A stretch of 64,000 bases of DNA from Gnetum montanum. Its lineage: Eukaryota; Plantae; Gnetophyta. Under the pieces are notes generated by a model. The model worked only from the letters and a program-made list of their open reading frames with translations, did no database searches and was not told where the DNA came from. The DNA lies in NCBI GenBank assembly GCA_015680685.1, contig MNCI01002560.1:1-64000 (forward strand), written 5' to 3'. Positions 54,067-64,000 of the stretch are shown piece after piece; positions within the stretch are counted from its first letter, which is position 1; every line of letters begins with the position of its first letter. A program made the translations under genes and the position numbers.

Positions 54067-54696
54067 GAAATTGGTAGAAGTTCATGACGATAGAGGATGT
54101 CCCAAGATAAAAAAAGATGTCTCGTAATCCTAGAAGATGTCTTTGTTGAGAATTCTTATTTTAAAAAAGACATCTATCAAACCTAGAAGATGCATCAACT
54201 AAGGAAGATTAGTCTCTAGCTAGATTTCTCCCTAAAACTGAAGATACCTCCCTCATAGATAACACATCTTGTCATAAGATAAGAGGTCTCCTATAAGATG
54301 TCTTAGCTTCCTTGAAGACATCTCTTCTAATATTTCTTTTATTAGGAAAAGACATCTCCCTTATAAGGTAGGAAAAATAGTGAGACATCTTAGGTCTTAG
54401 AAAAGATGTCTTAATTAGCCTTTTCTAGTCATTGTAAGGATTTAAATAGACAAATGGAGGATAAAAAGACTATAAAAGGAATGTCAATCATAAAGGATTA
54501 AGCAATACTTCATTAAGAGAATTTATCAAGCAATTATATACCTTTTTATGAAGTTTAAGAACATTAATTTTCTATTGTTTGATGTATTTTTGTTGTGTGT
54601 CTCAAAGTAAAGAATTTAAAGTTTATTTCATTTCATTCTTGATTTCCTTTTTTTTTGTAAGCCCTAAGGGACTGGATGTTGTTTTTCCTATGGGTT
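54067..54696 (+). repeat. LTR-like fragment of an unresolved older element
   Basis: Many AGATGTC/GACATCT motifs, TATA-like tataaaagg ~54470, then T-rich U5-like tract; termini not established. Confidence 0.35.
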
Positions 54697-55155
54697 GAAG
54701 TGGTCATACTGAAGCACTTAACTAGGAGAGAAGGGTTGAGAGAGAAAATAGTAAATAACAAGTAATAAATAATAGGTAATAAATAAACATAATAAAATCC
54801 TATTCCATGCATTGCAATCTTTATCTGGAAAGCTCGTCTTTATTACCGTACACAAACTTGTGTTCAGGTACAATGTTTGCTCGAATAAAGATCCATTCAC
54901 TTTGGGACTCTTACTGTGGGCACATGGAAAATATTCTATCTTTGGAGTGATCAATCTGGCAGAGTTTTCCTACTGTCTAGCATAGGATGAGGAAACAAGG
55001 GAGAGTCTCCTCTTATTTATAGATATGATGGCGCACCGTGATATTGCGTACACGATATCGCAGGGGAAGACACAATATTGCGAGGGATGCGATATCGCAA
55101 TGGCCACGATATCGTGTATGCGATATCGTGGCCCATGCGATATCGCATCCCATCA
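54697..55155 (-). repeat. Element D 3' LTR (lacks ~390 bp of its distal end)
   Basis: Matches 60065-60458 only; ends cccatca next to the PPT. Confidence 0.85.
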
Positions 55156-55170
55156 TACCCCCATGACTAA
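55156..55170 (-). promoter_or_regulatory. Element D PPT
   Basis: Minus strand TTAGTCATGGGGGTA abutting the LTR TG. Confidence 0.75.
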
Positions 55171-56849
55171 ATCAAAACTCTTCCTCAAGTTTATTACAAT
55201 AATATCGAGAAGGTATGGGATTATTGACTCAATGGAAACTAATGGGATGACATTTGAACGGATCATCATTACAAGACTTGACAAAACTAGTTTGTTGCTG
55301 CGAATTGCCAATACTGTGACTTTCGTTGTCCATCCGTAAGTGCACCATCAATCTTTCTCCTTACATAGCTATTTCAGCGCTGCTCCATTCCAAGTGTTCC
55401 CTCCAGATCCAATCGGTTGTTACATGATCGCCATCTGCACACACAACATAGTCTTATATTAGCAAGGGTAATTGAATCATCATGTAATTGATACCTTGCT
55501 TCGGTGTAAGTTCATTGGCTAGGTTGTAGTATGGCTGATACAGATTTAGAGATATATAAATGATTACTACCGAAGATGTAGAGCTTAGGAAAAAATCAAA
55601 AAAATTAGAGCTAGGAGAAAATCGAAAAAATCGGGCCTCGTACCCCCATGACTAATCGCAAACCTCCAGTAGCATTGGAATGGAGAAAGAAAAAGGAACA
55701 AGAAAGATAGATAAAAAGGAACAACTATAGCATCGATAAAATGGATGTCAAGATGGAAATGAACAAAATAAAATAAAATAAATTACAAAATGTTAAGAAA
55801 AAGAAATTAACTGGTCCACCAAATAGGAATGTCAGTGGGTCCTCCCCAAAGAAGGTGCATGCCCTTAATGCCCTGACAAACCCACATTCAAAAAGTCCAT
55901 AGGCTCTGGGAATGTCCTTTGGAAGAAGAGTTAAAGACTTAACTATAAGAGTTTACTAAAAAGAACACGATGCATCTACCAAAATATACACTAGTGATAC
56001 AACTGGCAATGAGGTGAAAAGTGGAGAGAAGGGTGGAGAGAAGAGAATGGAATGGAATCCCAAGAACAAGGTCGTGTACAGCCCCTTGTGTGTTTCATGA
56101 TTAATGTGACTTGACAAATCTCATTCCAACTCCGGCCTCAAACCAACCACATCTAGTGACTTTGCATCAATTCATTCTGCCAATCCATCCTCTTGAATAA
56201 CAAGAATGCCTCTCCAAAGAGTCACCACCATTTCGACAGAACAAGGGAAAGAATGGGAAGCAAGAAGACCTTAGTTAGAGGGAACATTTTTGGTTCGATA
56301 ACTAGTGCTTGTAGGCCAAGTGATTATTTTGTCTAAGGGGTGTGCACTGAATTTTCACTTTTTCTTTTTCTTTTCTTCTCTCTCTCTCTCTCTCTCTCTC
56401 TTTTTATGTTTTGTGTTTTTATGCGTGAGAACCACACCATGTAAAGACTTCTTATTTTTATTGTCTCAACTTCCAATAATTGGGTAACATTGGAACGGTG
56501 AGAAAACTCAAGAAGAAAACATCCAAGCACCTAAGATAATGGCCAACACAAATGCATCAAGTTCCCTTGAAGTCACACCCTTTTCAATCCTTGAGTCTTT
56601 CCTTAGTTTGAGAAATGCCTAGTCACCGATTCATTAAAGTTATTATTATGAGGGACTGTATATTTCCAAGACAAGAGAGACCATAGACTTTGTGGATGGA
56701 TCGATGAAGTGAACTCATTACCTACCATATTAAAAGAATCATACCTTAGTATCAACATCATGACTTAAAGGTAAAAACCAAACATTAGCAATNNNNNNNN
56801 NNNNNNNNNNNNNNNNNNNNNNNNNNNNNNNNNNNNNNNNNNNNNNNNN

Positions 56850-57105
56850 AAAACAAGAAAAGTTAAAGAAATTTGTAAAACAAAAAACAAGAAAAGTTAA
56901 AGAAAGTTGTAAGACAAAAACAAGAAAAGTTAAAGAAAGTTGTAAAAAATAAAACAAGAAAAGTTAAAGAAATTTGTAAAACAAAAATGTGTAAAAAAAA
57001 TGTATAAAACAAAAACGTGTAAAAAAAACGTGGAAAACAAAAATGTGTAAAACAAAAACATGGAAAACAAAGATGTGTAAAACAAAAACGTGTAAAATAA
57101 AAACT
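56850..57105. repeat. A-rich tandem repeats (aaaacaagaaaagttaaagaaa(t/g)ttgt; aaaacaaaaacgtgt)
   Basis: Visible unit repetition next to an N gap. Confidence 0.85.
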
Positions 57106-57331
57106 AAAAATAATGGAGGGCCTCCAATGATCAGCATAGGTGGCCATCTCCCCCATGACTGAATTGCAAGGGAGAGACCCGAAATAATGAGCGCCTATTT
57201 GAATTTCATAAAAGTGCCCAACTTCTCCCAATTGATGTTCTTAGATTAAGGGGTGGAAGTTGGTGACGCTCATATTCCAATGTATCTATGCCTCCGTTGT
57301 TAACATGAGTTGTTTCCTCAGTTTGTTCCCT

Positions 57332-59540
57332 TCATATTGGTTTGCTCTTTCTAGTAGCTATCAACCATGGGGTGTCTACTATTGGTGTGGTTGCTACATA
57401 CAGGCACCTTTGAATTTGTGTTTCCTGGACACACCGATTACATGGAAGAGATGTTGAACATTCTACCATGTCATCACCCTTTAAGTCACTGTATCTGATG
57501 CATGGAACTTTCTTCTTCTCGATCTTTCCATAAATGTTTATCTTAGATATTTGCAAGGAAAGATTACGGATCCCTAGGTATGCATCTACTATACTTAGCC
57601 ATGACCTTCCCATTATAATTGGGAACCCCCCGTTGTTGTTGTTAACTTCTATCACCAAGAAATCAGCTAGGTAAGACCAACCACACACAGTGGTAACAAT
57701 GTCCTCCACCAATCCCAAGGGAATGGTGATAGACTAATCTACCAGCTCTAGTTGGATGTTACTCTTCTTAAGTTGGGGTAGGTTCCAGGCTTGATACATC
57801 TTTCATGAAATTAAGTTGACTCCAGAACCTGACTCAAGAAGAGCCTTATGTGGTTTAATCCTGGTGATTTGTAAATAGATTAAGGGGCTTCCTAGATTAG
57901 TTAGTTTCCTGGGAAGTTGGCCTACCTTGATCCAGTCAATTACATTATGTGTTAACATAACCATATGTGTACAGCTCTGTTGGAATGAAGGGTGCCCCGA
58001 AGTGTTAGATGGTGGAGGAGTGTACCTAGACTCAACTGCTTATTGTTGCGAGAGCTTGTCTGGGATTTTGGTTCTGAAGAAAGATGTTCTCTTTTTACAG
58101 TTGTCAAAACCAGTAGCAGGTTGAATATTTACAGCTCTCGCAGCATTACATTGCTACAGTTGAGTGGGGAGTTCCCCTTGCATTGTTGGAGTAGGTTATA
58201 TGGGAACTATAGGTGGAAGAGGTGCAGATGGAGTTGGAGGATGGTAAGTATGTGGGGTACCTCCCGAAGGATAAGGAGTCATCCTAAAGTACTCCCAAAC
58301 TTGGTAGTGACTTTGGGGAGTTGTGTGACTCATAGAGTCACTTGGAGAAACTGGCTGCTGTACATAATAGCCATAAGGATTAGGTTGCTGGTAAGGGTAT
58401 TGTTGTTTCAGCGGTGGCATCCTCCATGACTATGGGTATTTCCACTACTGATGTTGTCTGATGGGTTATGATGAAGTTCCACTTGGATAGTATGTCAATG
58501 GTTGGTGGAACTGTCTTGGGTTACCTTGAGGATAAGGTAACCTTCAGGGTGTCTGCTGTTGGTTAAGTCTTGGATTAAGTGCATACACCCCAAACTCCTG
58601 TAGATGTGAGATGATTTGACAACATCCCTTACAATGGGCATAGTGGAAAATCTTACATCCACCATCATCGTCTATCTCTGAATCCACAACTTCATCAGAG
58701 ATAGTAATTTTCCCCTTACCCTTGTTATGTGCAGGGCCTGAATTTCTCCACTTTGTCTTACCTTTGTCACTACTTCCTTCCTCCTTAGACTCCTCTACAA
58801 TTTTCAAGATAGTTTCAAGTCTGGAGTCTAAGGAATCCCACAATTGATCCATCTTAGCCGATACTTTTGTTGTTAGTTTTTGAATCGGCAAGGTTTTTTT
58901 GTTCACCAACTCTTCGAGTGGTGACTCATCCTCTTCATCGCAAAATTTCACTCTCTTCTTCTGAAGGGAGGGATCATGGTTGTATTCTTCTACACTCTCG
59001 CTTTTTCATAGTTCATCTTCTTCTTTTGCTACTTGTTCCAAAAAGCAATGAATATCATGGGCTCTAAGTTCTGATAGTCTCCCTTTGGCATAAGTCCCAA
59101 GGGTTCCTCTAGTTGCATGCCTTAGCCCATCCACGATGTGGCGAAGTTGATCTTCCTGTGCCCTTCAACAGTGTATGTTGGCTCTCCTACCTTGAGTCCC
59201 TCATACATTGCAAAGTTGTGGGATGGTAATACCTCATGTCGAAGTCTGCTGCAATGTATTCAACATATAATTCTGTCATGCCAATCTATGCCAAAGCACG
59301 GAGGAGCATGTTAGGGACTGATTGATCTGGAGGTAACACAATGTTACCTTGCAAATCTCTCCAGCGTAGCTATTCATTTTGATGGAGGATAAAGGTAAAG
59401 TCTAGAATATACTCATCGGGATGAGTATAGACTATCCAGTATTGTTTAGGACTTGGTAGATTTTGGTTATGTGTTTTTGACTACCAATTGTTTTGTGTAT
59501 TATCCCTAGGCGGTGAGTTGCTTTTGTTAGAAGAAGACAT
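57332..59540 (-). pseudogene. gag: Element D gag-protease remnant
   Basis: KALLESGSGVNLI, GLVEDIVTTV..YLADFLVIE..PIIMGRSWL (Athila-type protease); P/Q/Y-rich gag C-terminus. Confidence 0.75.
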
Positions 59541-59657
59541 GTTTATCGGTGTGCTAATTACCATTATATAATTTTTTCTTAATTAACCTGAAGGTTTGTT
59601 TAGGATCCCAATGATGTGAGTGATTTCCTATGTTCTATTCAATGTACAAACACTTAG

Positions 59658-59675
59658 TACCTGGCAATGGCACCA
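59658..59675 (-). promoter_or_regulatory. Element D PBS (tRNA-Asp type)
   Basis: Minus strand TGGTGCCATTGCCAGGTA vs Athila consensus TGGCGCCGTTGCCGGGGA. Confidence 0.8.
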
Positions 59676-59676
59676 A

Positions 59677-60458
59677 TGATGAGTGGCGAGATACCCCTAC
59701 ACTCAACCATATGAATATGAGTGTAGCACATGCGATCTGGTCGAACTCTATAGACTAAGTGCCTACATGTCCCATGGAACACTTAGGATTAATCATTCGT
59801 TGTCTTCCCAAACTTACTTGTAGTTGTCACGGTGTATGGTTAAGTAAGTCTGAGGTATATGATTTTTATAGTTTTTATGTTTTATCTCTTATGCTATTGA
59901 GTTGAAGGGTTGAGAAACTAATTACTAAATCTAACTAATGAACTAAGTCTAAATTGCCTAGCATCAGCATCTATTCCCACTTACCGTACACACCCTGAAC
60001 TGATGCAACTGCGGCTACCAAACGCTAATCGTTGCTGGGATCACCACGCGTAACGCACGTGCTCGAAGTGGTCATACTAAGGAACTTAACTAGGATTGAA
60101 GGGTTGAGAGAGAAAATAGTAAATAACAAGTAATAAATAACAATAATAAAATCCTATTCCATGCACTGCAAGCTTTATCTGGAAAGCTCATCTTTATTTT
60201 CGTACACAAACTTGTGTTCAGGTACAATGTTTGCTCGAATAAAGATCCGTTCACTTTGGGACTCCTACTGTGGGCACATGGAAAATATTCTATCTCTAGA
60301 GTGATCAATCTACTAGATTTTCCCTACTATCTAGCCTAGGATGAGGAAACAAGGGAGAGCTGCCTCTTATTTATAGATATGACGGTGCACCGCGATATCG
60401 CGTATCTGAGATCACAAGGGATGTAATATCATGACAGCCGCAATATCGCATCCCATCA
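59677..60458 (-). repeat. Element D 5' LTR
   Basis: tgatgag...cccatca inverted termini. Confidence 0.88.
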
Positions 60459-60469
60459 ATCAACAATTT

Positions 60470-61100
60470 CCATACTAGTTTCTTTATTACAAACCATTTT
60501 ATTAATGATTGCTATTAATTTTCCTCCAATGCCTCTAGGTTGATTGTCTAGTTTCGAAGTTAATCTGGATGAATAGCCTACCAATATTATTAGCCTAATC
60601 ATTATTTTACTACCTTGCAATATGTTAAATGTATCCATGCATGCCCAAAGTATCTACTAGTCATTGCCAAATGAACCTTCCATTCTCATCAAATACTAAA
60701 ATTACTATATCATTCTATGAAGTAAGGAAAATTTCCATCACAATTTACATCACAATCCCTAGATCCATCATGTTCTATGTCATGAAATTTGGAAATATCA
60801 CCATCAACATACGGCAAGTTTTGGAAAATGATGAATTATACGAGAAAAATATGAAATAAGGATTAGATAAAAAAAAGGACAGAATTAAATCAACATAAGA
60901 TATTATAATAAAGAGGTATTCCCAAAGAGGATTAAGTTATAATGAATAGGTAATAGAAGAAAGAAAATTTCCTCTAGCTTGAAAGATTTATCATCAATAA
61001 AGCTTTACCAAGTAATAAGATGTTAAGATCTAGAAATTTCTAAGAGATCCACCATGTACAACTATTATTAAGTGAATGAAAGAAATAGAAATATAAAATT
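60470..61100 (-). pseudogene. Possible LINE endonuclease-region remnant
   Basis: QPRGIGGKLIAII resembles the L1 EN motif xxGxSGGLxxxW; weak. Confidence 0.3.
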
Positions 61101-62036
61101 AATGTGAAGAAAGAATATCTTGCAAGGTATTTATAAATGAAAATCCATTATTGAAAAATTCCAAAAATAATAATCTATTTTCAAGATTGGAATAGATTTA
61201 TCCATAAATGGGTTCAAATGGTCTATAAACAGCTATGTTCATGGATTCATGTCATTAAAAATTACTATATATAATATGAATCATCCTCAGCTAGGTTCTA
61301 GATGCCCAAAATAAAATAATCAAATAATTAGAAAAAACTAAAAACTATCCATTTAACATATATTTTAACCAAATTCTTACATTATTCTAAAAATATTAGA
61401 GTAATATATAATATAAGGTATAAAATAATTAAACATAAAATAAATATTGGCATTATAAAATACCAAGAAATAATAAGAAAGAAAATACAAAATATGAATA
61501 TTTTCAAATATTTGATAATAGTAATGTCCATGATCCAATCCTTAAGGAGCATGTCATCAAGATAGAATAAAACATGTATACTTACTAAGAGGTCCAAGGA
61601 TCAAATCTTACTAACAAATAAGGGATTATTCTAAGATACACTATACACAATCTTATAGACAAATATACCATGATGTACTAATCGTAAAATACTAGTGTAT
61701 GTAAGCAAGGAGTTAAGGGTTCAAACCTTATGAAGTGCAATCCTAACTATAATCATAAGAGAGACATTAGAATACACAAGCATAAAGAACTATCAAGATA
61801 AAGTGTATTATTCACATAATATATTTAAATATATTTTCATGCTTAAAAAATAAACATAATAAAATAAATCACAAACCGAAGAACCCAACTTTGAAACACC
61901 AAGGTATTACAAGTAACTTTTAGTTTCTCCTTAATACTAATCCTCTTATGGAATTTTACCTAAACAAACTTTGTAGTTGACAAATACTACAACATTAGTA
62001 ATATATACTAGGAGCTTACAAATTCACTATACATAG

Positions 62037-62913
62037 TGATGAGCGGTGAGATACCCTTACGCCCAGCCATATGAATCACAAAGCGTTCATACATGATCTG
62101 GTCAAATTCTATGGACTTTATCGTTTCTAGTACACTAGTCCTCTAGGAAGTGACTCTTGCCTTAAGGTCAATTGTTATCTTCCTAATTACACTTGTGATG
62201 TACAATGGTATGGTTAAGTGTAATTGAGGCATCTAATTTCTATCATTTTGTGTTTTATGGTTTCAAAGTAATTAGATTAACTAAATTAAATTAACTAATT
62301 AACTAGCATTTAACTAATCCTAACATAAGCAACTTGTCCCACTTTTTGTACATGTCTTGAACCCACATATCCACTACTAGGTGAACATGCAGTACACTAC
62401 TAGGCGTACTATGCAATAATGCTACTAGGATTACCAAGCGAATATGTGTTACGCTCAAAGTGGTCATACTTATGTGTTTAATTTATCTTTCTTGATTGCG
62501 TCATTACCTTAAGTACTAGAAATAATTAATAAATAATTGCAACATTAAATAAATTATTGAAAACATTGAATGCATAAATGAATATAGCTAATCTATCCAA
62601 AGTGCTACAAGGTTTATTAGAAAGCTCATCTTTATTGTCATACACATTGTCATGCTTAAGTACAACAATGCTCAAATAAAGATCTATACACTCAATGAAT
62701 CCTGCTATGGGCACTCGGGTAAAAAATTCTAACTTTCAAATAGAAAAACTGCAAGAGCTTCACCACAACTACAATCTCTAATGCCATAAATGTAGTAGGT
62801 AGGTGCATATTTATAGCTAAAAATCAACACTGCATCGATGGGCCCTCATCAACACATGATACAATCCATTGATGAGGCCTTGTCGATGTAGCCAACTGAA
62901 CTATGACTCATCA
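62037..62913 (-). repeat. Element E 3' LTR (family related to D)
   Basis: tgatgagcggtgagataccc...ctcatca; colinear with the D LTR; followed by a PPT/3'-UTR homologous to 55156-55230. Confidence 0.85.
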
Positions 62914-64000
62914 TATCGCCATGACTAAATGAAAACTTGTCCTCAAGTTCTTTTACAAAATTGGAAAGGTATGGAATTATTGACTGAACTTTTCTCAAAC
63001 AAAACAAACTGACCAACTTAACAAAAAATGGAGTGCCTAGGTGTATGAATCAACACATTACAAAAAATGATAGTGTTCAAGATACAAAATTGAACACCAT
63101 GATACAACTCTTCAAAATTGGATAGCACATTCCTAGATGGCATGAAGTTGGATGGAGAAGATCAAATGGTCCCAGGTGGTGGTTGTTCCTAAGCCTCTAA
63201 GGGACCTTCACTAGCTTCATGTATGGGCAGTGGTTGAGGTGGCTACAACTGTTTTGCTACTGTTGCAACTTTAGACAGGAGTTGGAAAGCATCCAAAATT
63301 TCTTTCATTTTCTCCTCCCTACTTCTAGGACCATGCACTATTCATGTAGCTTTACTGATGTGGGTTTGAATAGGAACATCCTAAGGACATGAGATTTCTA
63401 TAAATAGCTCCTTCACATTGATGAACTAGGCAATAAACTATTTGCATTTAGTGTCAAACATCCTAACTATGTCCTATAGCTTATGGTAGTCATTTATCCA
63501 TTTTTCTAGGTTCTCAGCAATTGATCATTTATCTCTAATTCATGCTTTGAGAACTTAGAGTTCAACATTTGTAGTCTTAGGCTTTTACTTAGCATCTTTA
63601 TGGTGCTTGAATTCAACCTCGTATAACAGATACTAGCTAGGCTCTTGATTTTCTAATTCTAACCATAGCCATCTAGCAATTAGCATTTCTAGGTTTGCAT
63701 ATTAGAGATTTGCCAACTCCATATTCTCTATCATCTCTTCTATTTGCAACTCCTTTAAATGAATCTCTGCTTTGTTGTAGGTGTCGATCCCATCAACAAT
63801 GGGCTACCACATTTCTCTTTCCTATTGGAGTTACTAGAGAGCTTCATTAAATTTCACCTTTTTCATCTAAATTTTATTTTCATTAACTTTTCTTTTACAG
63901 GCCAACCTCATCTTTATAGCAATTCTTCACTTTTTCAAATTTGAGAGACTCATTTTTCCAGGTAGAAATCTTGATTGTATATTTCTGGTGCAAGGTACAC
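62914..64000 (-). mobile_element. Element E internal 3' region with a degenerate coiled-coil extra ORF (~63130-64000); continues beyond the window
   Basis: Minus-strand EIHLKELQIEEMIENMELANL..SIAENLEKWINDYHKL..KMKEILDAFQLL with scattered stops. Confidence 0.6.

Larger units (their letters stand above)
54697..60458 (-). mobile_element. Element D: Athila-like LTR element with gag-protease only (no RT/INT seen); 3' LTR truncated
   Basis: LTR copies 54697-55155 (partial) and 59677-60458; tRNA-Asp PBS; PPT; protease ORF 57332-57718. Confidence 0.82.

Noticed and set aside
23966-60465. tgttgat...atcaaca as termini of a host solo LTR containing B and D
   Set aside because: Flanks TAAAT and ATTTC do not form a TSD, so boundaries are unsupported.
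62032-62036. CATAG flanks element E, same as A's TSD
   Set aside because: A 5-mer coincidence is plausible; the elements belong to different lineages and E's other end is outside the window.

Overview
Eukaryotic, AT-rich, CpG/CHG-depleted plant DNA that reads as a stack of old nested retroelements; no host gene was recognised, and most ORF-track entries are fragments of decayed TE reading frames. Resolved structure: (F) probable solo LTR 1390-21564 (TSD TTCAT), split by (A) a full-length minus-strand Tat-lineage Ty3/gypsy element 1706-20401 (TSD CATAG, tRNA-Asn-type PBS); a decayed L1-like LINE (~21600-23560, possible 5' part ~60470-61100); (B) a related plus-strand Tat element 24129-54061 (TSD TGTGA) containing (C) a chromodomain-bearing Ty3/gypsy element 42627-52598; (D) an Athila-like gag-protease-only element ~54697-60458; (E) the 3' LTR and extra ORF of a D-related element running off the window. 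Most striking: in both A and B the polyprotein is split between protease and RT by a 6-9 kb segment carrying a homologous, multi-exon ANTISENSE gene (PMD/MAIN-like core plus coiled coil) with a conserved intron position. That segment is bracketed by a conserved short motif, and in B a ~190-bp-period palindrome array lies upstream of the gene. The unrelated chromovirus C also carries an antisense, apparently spliced PMD-like gene plus a 5S rRNA promoter fragment. All alignments and translations were done by eye.
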